Virus record (IMG/VR): IMGVR_UViG_3300032050_000010
DNA length: 64,000 nucleotides
Direction: 5' to 3' (one strand)
DNA from: a virus
Part shown: positions 55,368 through 64,000 of the stretch, piece after piece
How positions within the stretch are numbered: the first letter of the stretch is position 1
Layout: every line of letters starts with the position of its first letter
The notes under the pieces: generated by a model
The model's input: only the letters and a program-made list of their open reading frames with translations
The model's database searches: none
Told to the model about the DNA's origin: nothing
Made by a program: the position numbers and the translations under genes

Positions 55368-55796
55368 CTGGGCACGAACTACTACAGTGTGAAGCGCGGA
55401 TTCGACTACGAGTCCATCGACTCCTTCTGGGAAGTCCGGGGCACTGAGGATTGCATCCACATCGGGAAAAGCTCCGGTGGCTGGTGCTTCAGCCTCCACG
55501 TTGTGCCCGAGATGGGTATCAACACCTACGAGGACTGGGTCCGCATGTTCATCGATCCCGACCGGATCATCATGGATGAGTACGGTGACGTGGTCCCGTT
55601 CACTGAGATGATCGCGAAGATCACAGCCCGGCGAGGCAACATCAACAAACCACCCACTCCCGAGTTCTTGGAGAACAACCATGCGGAACCGGGGCCTCAC
55701 GGTCTCGTCCGCCACAGGATCGAGTTCTTTGAGGACGGGGGCTGTGTGGGTCACGGCGAGGGCACATATGATTATATTTCAGGCGAGTTTAGCTGA
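55368..55796 (+). CDS. Phage protein MGTNYY...HIGKSSGGW (CTG start)
   Basis: SD AAGGAGG, then in-frame CTG GGC ACG AAC TAC TAC. Confidence 0.6.
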   Translation: MGTNYYSVKRGFDYESIDSFWEVRGTEDCIHIGKSSGGWCFSLHVVPEMGINTYEDWVRMFIDPDRIIMDEYGDVVPFTEMIAKITARRGNINKPPTPEFLENNHAEPGPHGLVRHRIEFFEDGGCVGHGEGTYDYISGEFS

Positions 55797-55805
55797 GGAG
55801 ACAAC

Positions 55806-56018
55806 ATGAGTATCCCATACATCGATTCCAGCCCGCTCTGGGTCTATTGCGACCCAGTGGATCACAATCACGTCTACTGGATCGTCACCAATGACGATGA
55901 CGGCGAGCTTGCTCGAGCAATGTTCTACAGTCTCGACGACGCTAAGGAATACCTCCACAAGGTGAAGGGCATGTCACTCGATGACATCAAGATCGTCACA
56001 GGCGAGGAGGAAGAATGA
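55806..56018 (+). CDS. Hypothetical protein
   Basis: SD GAGGAG. Confidence 0.5.
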   Translation: MSIPYIDSSPLWVYCDPVDHNHVYWIVTNDDDGELARAMFYSLDDAKEYLHKVKGMSLDDIKIVTGEEEE

Positions 56019-56248
56019 AGATCACACGAAAGACAAACAAATCTACCACACCATGGGATTACGTTGGAGTCGGTCAGACATTCGTAGAAAGGCCCGGTGG
56101 GACCGTCTTCCTCAAGACCGCCGAGTTCTTTGAGCAGCAAATGGGCGATCACTACAACTCGGTCAACCTCGAGACGGGAGAGCTTGTGGGTTTCATGTCG
56201 GATTGTTATGTCCTCATCGTCAAGTCTGAACTTATGGTCGAGGAGTGA
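56015..56248 (+). CDS. Hypothetical protein
   Basis: ATGA-coupled. Confidence 0.5.
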   Translation: MKITRKTNKSTTPWDYVGVGQTFVERPGGTVFLKTAEFFEQQMGDHYNSVNLETGELVGFMSDCYVLIVKSELMVEE

Positions 56249-56538
56249 ACATGATCGATAATGAGTACCCGCTCAATGATCCGCGCTTTGCTCCCCCGCG
56301 TGAAGACAACATCAATGCCCTGGTCGCTGAGGTGGAGCGGCTGCGCGCCGAGCGAGACCACTTCCGTGAGGCGTGGGCGGCAGCACAGGCGCGGTTGGAC
56401 TGTGGTGTGGATGCTGCGAACGCTGTTCGAGAGGAGCTCGCCGACGTGGTGGCGTGGCTGCGTAAGTGGGGCGGCGACTGCGACGACGCTGCTGAAACCA
56501 TCGAACGTGGCGAGCACCGCCGCGAGGAGGAGCCATGA
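56245..56538 (+). CDS. Hypothetical, paralogous C-terminus with next gene
   Basis: VVAWLR...IERGEHR. Confidence 0.55.
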   Translation: MNMIDNEYPLNDPRFAPPREDNINALVAEVERLRAERDHFREAWAAAQARLDCGVDAANAVREELADVVAWLRKWGGDCDDAAETIERGEHRREEEP

Positions 56539-56723
56539 AGGACACGGGCTTCGGAGGAGAAGGGAGCGACCGAGCGTACCATTGGGGGCGCATGTCAGAA
56601 CGTGATGCCATCGTGGCGTGGCTGCGTAGACAGGCCGAGACAGGTGATCCGATGCGGGCAACGGGTCGTCGTCGCATTGCAGACGCCATCGAACGCGGCG
56701 AGCACCGCAAGGAGGAAGAATGA
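56535..56723 (+). CDS. Hypothetical, paralogous C-terminus with previous gene
   Basis: IVAWLR...IERGEHR. Confidence 0.55.
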   Translation: MKDTGFGGEGSDRAYHWGRMSERDAIVAWLRRQAETGDPMRATGRRRIADAIERGEHRKEEE

Positions 56724-56890
56724 GCAACGAGCACGTAGACAATGAGATCCCCGAAGGGGTCAGCTTTCCCATCACGGATCCCACGATTATCGCGAAGCTC
56801 GATAGCCTGACGCCCGAGGAGATGGAGAAGTTTGCAGCCATCCTGAAGGAGAGCCTTCAGGAGCTTCGTAGGAAGAAGGAGAGCCCATGA
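56720..56890 (+). CDS. Small hypothetical (56 aa, not in ORF track)
   Basis: MSNEHVDNEI...KKESP*; ATGA overlaps on both sides. Confidence 0.55.
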   Translation: MSNEHVDNEIPEGVSFPITDPTIIAKLDSLTPEEMEKFAAILKESLQELRRKKESP

Positions 56891-57099
56891 GAAACTGGGG
56901 ACAGATCGACCTGAATGACGTTCGCGATGAGGACATCCAGGATCGAGACGTGGCTATCATCGAGCTGTGGGATGTTCTCGAACGGCACGTTAAGATGATT
57001 GATGCGACACGTCACCCGAACGACAGAGATGGGTCACATCCTGTTCTCGACAAGTATCGCCGGTTTGTAAACGAGGTTCGCGGCCTGTATGGTTTGTAG
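56887..57099 (+). CDS. Hypothetical protein
   Basis: Coupled ORF. Confidence 0.5.
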   Translation: MRNWGQIDLNDVRDEDIQDRDVAIIELWDVLERHVKMIDATRHPNDRDGSHPVLDKYRRFVNEVRGLYGL

Positions 57100-57111
57100 G
57101 AAGGAGAACCC

Positions 57112-57660
57112 ATGAGCCAGGACATTGAGATCGATCCCGATTCTCGGACGATCACGTATTACGAGAAGCCGACTGTGGAGTCGATCAAGGAACACCTCGA
57201 TGCGGGTGGCCTGGCAATCGGTGTAGGTCAGGCAAGAGCCCTCCTCGATGAGATTGATCGTCTTCGGAAGCTTGTCCCGCCTGAGTCCGAGCGTGGTCCC
57301 GGTTTCGTCGGGCAGGGGAGCTGGTCAGTCTACGCGGAGAAGGTGGTGGAGGAGAGGGATGCTGCCCGAGAGGGCATGAAGCAACTTCTCGTAGAGAACA
57401 GCGAACTCCACAGGGTCAATGCCGGCCTACAGGAGGAAGTGACGCGGTGCTCAACTGGGCTTGATAAAAAGAAGGAGCATGCCAACATCCACCTCGGTGG
57501 GAAGGGTGAACTCCACGGTATCGACGGCTACGGGCCGTTCAACCTGAAGCAGGTCAATAAGGATCGCTGGGAGATCTGGATGCTGCACGAGAAGGTGACG
57601 CTCTACAATAAGAAGGGTCATCGAGTCCGTGGCGATCACAACTACGAAGGAGATTGGTAA
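57112..57660 (+). CDS. Hypothetical protein
   Basis: SD AAGGAG. Confidence 0.5.
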   Translation: MSQDIEIDPDSRTITYYEKPTVESIKEHLDAGGLAIGVGQARALLDEIDRLRKLVPPESERGPGFVGQGSWSVYAEKVVEERDAAREGMKQLLVENSELHRVNAGLQEEVTRCSTGLDKKKEHANIHLGGKGELHGIDGYGPFNLKQVNKDRWEIWMLHEKVTLYNKKGHRVRGDHNYEGDW

Positions 57661-57911
57661 TGGGACGAGGCAAGGCATTTCGACGCAGCAAGACTGAAGT
57701 GAAGAAGACCCGAGCGAAGGTGATCCTTCGGAAGCTGGGTTACAGCGAGGAGGGGTTGACGAAGAGGGCAGGTCGATTCGTGGAGTCAAGGATCGGATGT
57801 AACTGCCAGCTCTGTCAGAACCCGCGCAAGCTCTACAAGGGAAAGAACTCTGCCACTCTCACGCTGAAGGAGTACCATACCTGGCTTGAGCGGGATGACG
57901 ACGATAGTTAG
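57660..57911 (+). CDS. Basic Cys-motif protein
   Basis: CNCQLCQNPRK. Confidence 0.5.
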   Translation: MGRGKAFRRSKTEVKKTRAKVILRKLGYSEEGLTKRAGRFVESRIGCNCQLCQNPRKLYKGKNSATLTLKEYHTWLERDDDDS

Positions 57912-57930
57912 TTAGGAACAGGTGTGATGC

Positions 57931-58680
57931 ATGATGATGAAATCTCTATTTGAGAGCTGGCGAAGATACATCAACGAAGGAGTTGACGCAAGAGGCCTGC
58001 CTATCGTCAATCGTGCATTACATTCATTTGATGCATTTGATTTCTCGCCTCAAGATCTTGCTTCTCGAAGAGGTGAGATCAAGCCAAGCATCGCATACCA
58101 CCAGGCACAAGATCCTGCCTTTGTTCTTGACATCAAGGAAATATTTTCCAAAACTGCAGACGACTGGGTTTTTATTGCTGTAAATAACGCAGAGCTTGAG
58201 CCGCGAGACATCGAAAGTCTCGCATTTCAGGAATGGGTGTTGTCCAAGGGCTATCCGAAAAATGCAAAGATCGTCGTCATTGGATCGTCTCCCTATCCCG
58301 GTGATTTTTCTTCGACGGTGTGGATCGCTCATGATATTATTGGGCACGCCGCTGGCCGTGCCTTTTTAGAGAGCCTTGGATACCCCAGGGGAGCGGGCAA
58401 GTGGATTGAAGATAATCCAGAGGTCAGCCGGATGATTTTGAAAGTCCACGGTCATCTGGGTCGGAAGAAGGGTGCCAGGATTAAACTTGCTGACATGCAA
58501 TTCGACATGATCTATGACATTTTTGCTTCAATCGTTCTAAACGACATCACGTGGGATGAAATTAAACAAATCGGTCTCGACGAAAGGCAGGCAGCCACGA
58601 TGGAGCAGATTTTTAATTTCTGTAATGCGTGGATTGATCAAATACCTGCAGGTGAACCGATTGTTATAAAGTCTTGGTAA
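57931..58680 (+). CDS. Hypothetical, putative virion-internal protein
   Basis: [15 protein letters not shown]-terminus. Confidence 0.55.
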   Translation: MMMKSLFESWRRYINEGVDARGLPIVNRALHSFDAFDFSPQDLASRRGEIKPSIAYHQAQDPAFVLDIKEIFSKTADDWVFIAVNNAELEPRDIESLAFQEWVLSKGYPKNAKIVVIGSSPYPGDFSSTVWIAHDIIGHAAGRAFLESLGYPRGAGKWIEDNPEVSRMILKVHGHLGRKKGARIKLADMQFDMIYDIFASIVLNDITWDEIKQIGLDERQAATMEQIFNFCNAWIDQIPAGEPIVIKSW

Positions 58681-58711
58681 TTTTGTAAAGATTCTCACGC
58701 GAGGCAATAAT

Positions 58712-59029
58712 ATGCCTATGACATTTAATGAGTACCAGGAAGAGGCAAAGAAGACTGCAATCTATCCGGCTGAGTATCGTCTCGTCTATCCAGCCCTAGG
58801 CCTGACCGGAGAAGCAGGCGAGGTTGCCGAGAAGGTGAAGAAGATGGTGCGCGACGGGAAGCTCGACACCGAAGGCCTCAAGAAGGAGTTGGGTGACGTC
58901 CTGTGGTACCTCGCCGCGCTGTCATCTGATCTGGGTGTAACACTGGAGGAAGTTGCTGCGGCGAACGTGGCGAAGCTCCGGTCGCGTGCGGAACGTGGTG
59001 TCCTGAGTGGCAGCGGAGACAACCGGTGA
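58712..59029 (+). CDS. MazG-like nucleotide pyrophosphohydrolase
   Basis: [39 protein letters not shown]. Confidence 0.92.
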   Translation: MPMTFNEYQEEAKKTAIYPAEYRLVYPALGLTGEAGEVAEKVKKMVRDGKLDTEGLKKELGDVLWYLAALSSDLGVTLEEVAAANVAKLRSRAERGVLSGSGDNR

Positions 59030-59256
59030 CACCGACAGAAGACATTGACGATCCTACTTGGAACGATCTCTTTGATCGGGACGCAGTCATTAAGTTCCTC
59101 AAAGTCCAAGTTCAGCTGGCACCATGCCTGGTGTCACGACCGGGTGAGGGAACATACGAATGTAGACATGATAATCTCTGCCGGGTCTGCGAGTGGCGCA
59201 GGGACGTCCATCAGGAACTTATCCAAACGTGGCACATTGAAGACGGGATTTGGTGA
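59026..59256 (+). CDS. Hypothetical Cys-containing protein
   Basis: Coupled ORF. Confidence 0.45.
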   Translation: MTPTEDIDDPTWNDLFDRDAVIKFLKVQVQLAPCLVSRPGEGTYECRHDNLCRVCEWRRDVHQELIQTWHIEDGIW

Positions 59257-59259
59257 CAC

Positions 59260-59472
59260 ATGACTAGTGAGAAGATCATTACAGGCCTGTGCATGGTGCT
59301 AGGTGCACTTGTGATTGTCTGGCTCGGCGTTGAGAGTAGCTCTTTCCAGCAGCAGTGTGAAGAAGAATGTGGAGATGCCCGAGCTCTGACACCTGTCATC
59401 GACTTCCAGGAGACGTGTCTCTGTGACATGGGACATGGAAAGTGGCGGAGAGTGACTAATGGAACCCATTGA
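59260..59472 (+). CDS. Small membrane-anchored protein
   Basis: N-terminal TM helix, Cys pairs. Confidence 0.45.
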   Translation: MTSEKIITGLCMVLGALVIVWLGVESSSFQQQCEEECGDARALTPVIDFQETCLCDMGHGKWRRVTNGTH

Positions 59473-59666
59473 GAAAGTGGTCGAGCGTTGCAGGTACAGG
59501 ATCGAACGATCACTTGACTGCAATGTTGCTGATATACTCAGATTAATCGAAGAGATAGAAAAGAAGGAGCAAGTAAAATTGCAACAACCTCCCTGGGCAG
59601 GTTTAGGAACAGGTGACTGACATATACATAGTGGGTGAATACTTATAATGAAAGTGGAGCCCATTT

Positions 59667-60056
59667 ATGTCTCTCAATAATCCTGTCCTCGGTGAGGGCT
59701 ACGTTCCTGCTTACCAGATCTCAGCTGTTCCATTTGTGACAGCTTCTCAGGTGGCGCTTGGCGAAGTAGATCAGATTGATTTCCCAACTGTCACACGTTT
59801 CATCACAGTCAAGAATTTTACGGCATCCACAGCAATCGCTGTAGGGTTTACGCAGAACGGCCTCAAGCCTGCAAATGCTAACTTCATCACTCTTTCGGGT
59901 AGCGACTCGTTCTCAGGTGAGATTAGGACATCTGCGCTCTTCGTCTCTGGTGCCGTTGGAACTGCTTCCTACCAGGTGATCGCAGGCTTGACTAACATCC
60001 CAGTCAAGAACTTCCTCACTGTGACAGGTTCAAACGGCTACAGCGGCGTGGGCTGA
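59667..60056 (+). CDS. Putative virion structural protein
   Basis: YQISAVPFVT, FP.VTRFITVKN; SGS/TGS motifs. Confidence 0.55.
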   Translation: MSLNNPVLGEGYVPAYQISAVPFVTASQVALGEVDQIDFPTVTRFITVKNFTASTAIAVGFTQNGLKPANANFITLSGSDSFSGEIRTSALFVSGAVGTASYQVIAGLTNIPVKNFLTVTGSNGYSGVG

Positions 60057-60104
60057 TGTTTGGGCACATATCTCACTTACTTCTACATCTTCTAGAGAGA
60101 GCTC

Positions 60105-60371
60105 GTGATCGACAAAAAGGTAGTGATCGGTGACTTTAGGGGTGTCAAGCGAGGTATGCTCGTCCGTCTAACTGAGTCGGGCGGGCATTCTAAGCGCGGT
60201 GATGTGGCACTTGTCTTAGAGACTGTCCTAATACCCCGCAACGTCAATATGAATGAGCACTACGACCCACTGCTTGTTGTCCTTAATCGAGGCTTAACAT
60301 CTCGGTGGCCTGTTGAATTTGTTGAGATCATTCCAGATGAGATGACAGATGAGCAGCATCAACTGCGGTGA
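60105..60371 (+). CDS. SH3-like small protein
   Basis: VKRGMLVRL...GDVALV. Confidence 0.45.
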   Translation: MIDKKVVIGDFRGVKRGMLVRLTESGGHSKRGDVALVLETVLIPRNVNMNEHYDPLLVVLNRGLTSRWPVEFVEIIPDEMTDEQHQLR

Positions 60372-60555
60372 TCTTGTCTCATTTCGCTGGCCCAAGGACG
60401 ATAACAAGACGTGGATCGAGTACATGGGCCTTGCAACAAATGAAGGAAGGTATGTGCATGGCAATAAGCACGTCGCTGTCATCAGATGTGACGGCATATG
60501 GCTTGTTCCTTGCAGCTGGTGTGTCAAAGTAAGTGACATTCAAATGTGTGGGTAG
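60349..60555 (+). CDS. SH3-like small protein
   Basis: INCGDLV; upstream stop lies in the GGTGAT codons as in the array. Confidence 0.45.
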   Translation: MSSINCGDLVSFRWPKDDNKTWIEYMGLATNEGRYVHGNKHVAVIRCDGIWLVPCSWCVKVSDIQMCG

Positions 60556-60571
60556 CTGATAGTTATGTCTG

Positions 60572-61549
60572 ATGTCAACGACACAACTTCGCGGCACACA
60601 AATTCTCGATGGAACGATCACATCGTCTGACATTGACGATGCTCTCGAGAAAGATTTTACCAAGGTCAGGACAACGGTAGATGATGCATCTGCCGACTTC
60701 TTGTCATCGAAGCTAGCAGCAGGATCAGGTATCACACTTACGGTAGTGGGTGCTTCGGGTTCCAGCCAGACGCTTCGAATCGCTGCAACGGGAGGTGGAG
60801 GCGGCGGTTCGTCGCTAACAATCTCAGGCTCATCGGGCGCAACTGCTTACTCTGATGTTCCCTCAACCGTCGTGTTTGATGACGGTACAGGCTTCCAAGT
60901 TGAAGATCTAGGTGGCGGAACTGCGAAGATCACGATTGCTTCGCACTTCAAGAACATCTTCGTCAGTGGAAGTGACACACTGATCGCCACGGGATCTGAC
61001 TCAGTTGAGATTATGGGCGGCGGTGGCGTTCAAGTCTACACCATGATAGATGAAGAAGCTTACGCAGAAGGAATACATCTTGCTGCAAAGTCAGTCATCA
61101 TCACAACAACTTTGATGTCGCAGTCTTTCGCATCCCGGATCGACAACATCGTCAATAGCATAACTCCTGCTCATTACATCATAAGCGGCACAACTTATGG
61201 CCAGACAACTTGGGTAGGATCATCTTCACAGTACGCACGTGCCGACCACATGCACGGAACTCCTCCAGCGCCCACACATGCGAGCCTATCAGACAGAGCT
61301 TGGGCCGGTTCCAACAGTCACACCGGGGTGGCAAACTCAGTGCCTATCTGGAATGCATCAGGCACAGCAGCAGTAGCAACACCCACATCAGATGGCCAAG
61401 TTCTCACATATCAGGGTGGAGCGCTTAAGTGGGTGACTTTGGCTGCAGGTTTAGCATTCTACAATGAACCCACAGAGATTACTGAATATCCAGGGCAGCC
61501 TGTTCAAGTGGGAACAACTTTCACAGCAACAGCGGGGACGTTAGCATAA
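60572..61549 (+). CDS. Tail fibre-like structural protein
   Basis: TQLRGTQILDGTI, FLSSKLAAGSGITL, YARADHMH, DGQVLTY....W. Confidence 0.65.
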   Translation: MSTTQLRGTQILDGTITSSDIDDALEKDFTKVRTTVDDASADFLSSKLAAGSGITLTVVGASGSSQTLRIAATGGGGGGSSLTISGSSGATAYSDVPSTVVFDDGTGFQVEDLGGGTAKITIASHFKNIFVSGSDTLIATGSDSVEIMGGGGVQVYTMIDEEAYAEGIHLAAKSVIITTTLMSQSFASRIDNIVNSITPAHYIISGTTYGQTTWVGSSSQYARADHMHGTPPAPTHASLSDRAWAGSNSHTGVANSVPIWNASGTAAVATPTSDGQVLTYQGGALKWVTLAAGLAFYNEPTEITEYPGQPVQVGTTFTATAGTLA

Positions 61550-62538
61550 TGCCTCTTGATACACAACACTGGCGATTTGTAGGAACTGTAACAACTTCCG
61601 TCTCAGCTGCTTCTTGGCTTGACGGGATCTACACACTTGGACAATTAACAACCTATGCTGATGGATCACCTCGATCTCCTGGATCGGGGACGGCATGGTC
61701 GTGGGGAAGACAGCAGGTAAGCAGTGTTACTGAGTGTGTCTTTGGTTCTATGCCTTATGCTAATCCTCTAAATATCAGGTACACAATCGCAGGTACTTCT
61801 GCATCGCGCTCATACACAATCTTGTCACCTGACACAACGTCATTGTTCACAAATGCTCTTCTATGCTCCATGAATAGAGGAGTTGCTTCTCCTGTTGGTA
61901 GCTGGTTTGATGCTGCGGGTCTTTACGGTGCAGGATCATCTGGATACTGGAGATTTGGAAGATCAACCTCAGTAGCATTTGATCGCATATCCATGTATGA
62001 GTGTGAGGAGCAGTGCATGATAGTGCAGAGTGTGTCTTCGTCAGGAGCGTCATCTATCGGCGGCCTCTTCTCTCTTGATCCTCGTGATACAGGCAGTCCA
62101 GCAGCTGAGACTGACGGACGTCGCTGGGGAATGTTCTGCACAGGAGGTACATCAAACGCAGGTGCATCAGGTAACTTTGAATACTTCCCAGCTTCTGCCG
62201 TGGGAATGTTCTCACATGGGACAGGTGCGCACGTGGGACACTGCGGAATATTTGTGCCTGGTTCAACCACCGTTATACCTGTTGCGAGAATGCTCACACC
62301 AGGTGGAGCTTCTGCAATGAACACGGGAATTTCTACACCCAGTGGTAAACTACCATACTCAGAAGACATTCCCTTCAACCAGGGCAACTCAACTGTGCAT
62401 GGTGTGTGGAGAGGTCTTGCCTACACAAGAAAGGCAACCAGTCTGACAGCATGGTCAGATGGTGGGACAGTGAACGGATATTTTGTAGGAGCCTCGACAG
62501 CATCTGCTGGTGATGGTGTGCTCCTCCTGAGGAACTAG
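61549..62538 (+). CDS. Putative virion structural protein
   Basis: Gly/Ser/Thr-rich, coupled to the fibre gene. Confidence 0.5.
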   Translation: MPLDTQHWRFVGTVTTSVSAASWLDGIYTLGQLTTYADGSPRSPGSGTAWSWGRQQVSSVTECVFGSMPYANPLNIRYTIAGTSASRSYTILSPDTTSLFTNALLCSMNRGVASPVGSWFDAAGLYGAGSSGYWRFGRSTSVAFDRISMYECEEQCMIVQSVSSSGASSIGGLFSLDPRDTGSPAAETDGRRWGMFCTGGTSNAGASGNFEYFPASAVGMFSHGTGAHVGHCGIFVPGSTTVIPVARMLTPGGASAMNTGISTPSGKLPYSEDIPFNQGNSTVHGVWRGLAYTRKATSLTAWSDGGTVNGYFVGASTASAGDGVLLLRN

Positions 62539-62780
62539 CGATGGACGTAACTGAATATATTCTATCAATCATAAGCAGCAACTCTAATATTGTTGTTATT
62601 AAACTTTCTGAATACGCAAATAGAGCTCTTGACAATTCAAGACTACCAACCAACATCACGTTCCAAGAGTGGCAGGAAGATTGGTGTGAGGGATGTGATG
62701 TTGATAATGCTACAGTAATTAGATTTCGTCCATAGAACAAACAATTATACAATCTAATTCTCTGTCACTAATTTAATCTT

Positions 62781-63074
62781 ATGGAAGAGATAAGAGTACA
62801 GATTGGTGATCTAATATCAATTGAACCATGGGATTGTGAGGGTATTGAAAATCCCTATGGTTATAGAAACTATGATAAGAGAGATTGGGATCCCTTAAAG
62901 AAGAAGATGTTTGAGAAGCTTAGCGGCAAGGTTCGAATCACCGCAGGCTCAAAGGCACTTATAACTGGAAGAGAAGAAGTTGACCTCGGTAATAATGAGG
63001 ACGTCATGTTCTGGTGTCTAGTTGAAGGGCGACAACTGATAGTTTCAAGTCGCTTCATTCAGCGCCTTGATTAG
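62781..63074 (+). CDS. SH3-like small protein
   Basis: VQIGDLI. Confidence 0.45.
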   Translation: MEEIRVQIGDLISIEPWDCEGIENPYGYRNYDKRDWDPLKKKMFEKLSGKVRITAGSKALITGREEVDLGNNEDVMFWCLVEGRQLIVSSRFIQRLD

Positions 63075-63988
63075 ACAACAGATGAAAACTTTTTGATTAA
63101 TTCTTTTTCAACAAACATAAATTCAAACTCATAATTCATTTTTAGACATGCATCTCTTTTCATCAGATTGATGTTGTCTATATCATGAATTTTACCATTT
63201 CTATTAAATGTCCAAGATGATTTGACTTCAATTATTTTATTTACAGAAATTATGTAAAAATCTGGAAAATATCTTCTTTTTTTACCGACGTTGTCTATGT
63301 AATAAATTTTTCCCGTATAGCGCTCAATTTCTTTCTTTCCCGAAACGATGTCAGCTTCATCATAATCTTCAAGAAGCGCACAATAAGCATAAGGTTCATA
63401 ACCTTGCAGAATTAGCGTTTTTCCAGATGGAGTTATAAAATTTTTTGTTTTGTGGAGCTTACAGAGCACAGTATTAGCAATGTTGGCATCGTGCATTGGA
63501 TGATCTACACCTAATGATTTTTGCCAAGTTAATCTACATTTTTGATTAAACTCTGACGTTTGAGAATAGTGATCAACACCGTGCTTTATACGAATGGATC
63601 TCTTGTATTTTTCTTTGAATTCGTCAGTCTGTGAGTAGTGATCAACACCGTATTTTTCTTGAATTCGTTCTTTGATAAGATCTTTTCTTTTAAAGTTATG
63701 ATCAACTCCAAATTTTTGTGTCATTTTAGTTTTTATTTTATCTTTAACAAGATCAGACATAAAAGGATTTGTTATACCTTCACCATACTTTTCTTCTAGT
63801 GAGGTTTTAAGTTTACTTTTGACGAGTTCGGAGTTTCTCTGACACTTTACACTACAATAATCCAAGTAGCCCCATTTATTATTGTTAAATTTGGGACTAT
63901 TTAAATTGCAATTTAGACATCTTGGAACTTCTTGCACGTTGTAAATAAGATGCCAGCAGCGTATATTTCTAGGTGTGTCTAAGGGCAA
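63071..63988 (-). mobile_element. Homing-endonuclease-like protein (KYGVDH repeats plus PD-(D/E)xK domain), probably 5'-truncated
   Basis: C..C/YCS..C, repeated K(Y/F/H/L)GVDH, QGYE, RYFPDFYI..KIIEVKS.W; AT-rich; opposite strand. Confidence 0.7.
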
Positions 63989-64000
63989 GAAAGCTGTGTG

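Noticed and set aside
1-64000. Stop-codon reassignment
   Set aside because: TAA, TGA and TAG all end recognisable full-length genes, and conserved enzymes are uninterrupted
1-64000. tRNA or rRNA genes
   Set aside because: No cloverleaf or T-loop signature seen in the short intergenic gaps; a tRNAscan run would be needed to confirm
1-64000. Bacterial chromosome origin, suggested by dnaE, groEL, greA and sigma
   Set aside because: The genes are divergent, lack bacterial operon context, and are interleaved with virion genes and unidirectional small ORFs

Overview
This window is a gene-dense segment, almost all on the + strand, of a large dsDNA (jumbo-type) bacteriophage genome that uses the standard code. 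It holds tail-fibre/virion genes and a nucleotide-metabolism/replication block (ThyX-like protein, NDT, two SDR sugar epimerases, DnaE, a kinase/thymidylate-synthase-fold fusion, thymidine kinase, DHH protein, dCMP deaminase). It also carries chaperones (J-domain, GroEL, Hsp20), transcription factors (sigma70-like, GreA), repair and helicase genes, a chitosanase-like endolysin, an AT-rich putative R-M pair, and many small accessory ORFs. Four observations stand out. (1) Twelve tandem, divergent 'MKPGDL' mini-genes (52.6-55.0 kb) are joined by a conserved SD/start/stop junction motif, which looks like a plug-and-play cassette array. (2) The sigma factor stops before region 4.2, and the next gene looks like the missing HTH. 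A recurring non-canonical GTGYRN-N16/17-TATAAT promoter accompanies it. (3) A possible cytosine/sugar DNA-modification pathway lies around DnaE. (4) Many unrelated proteins share an 'LRxLIRE...LxE' motif and tend to follow a second promoter-like motif, RATASWTA. All calls come from motif recognition by eye; no database searches were run.
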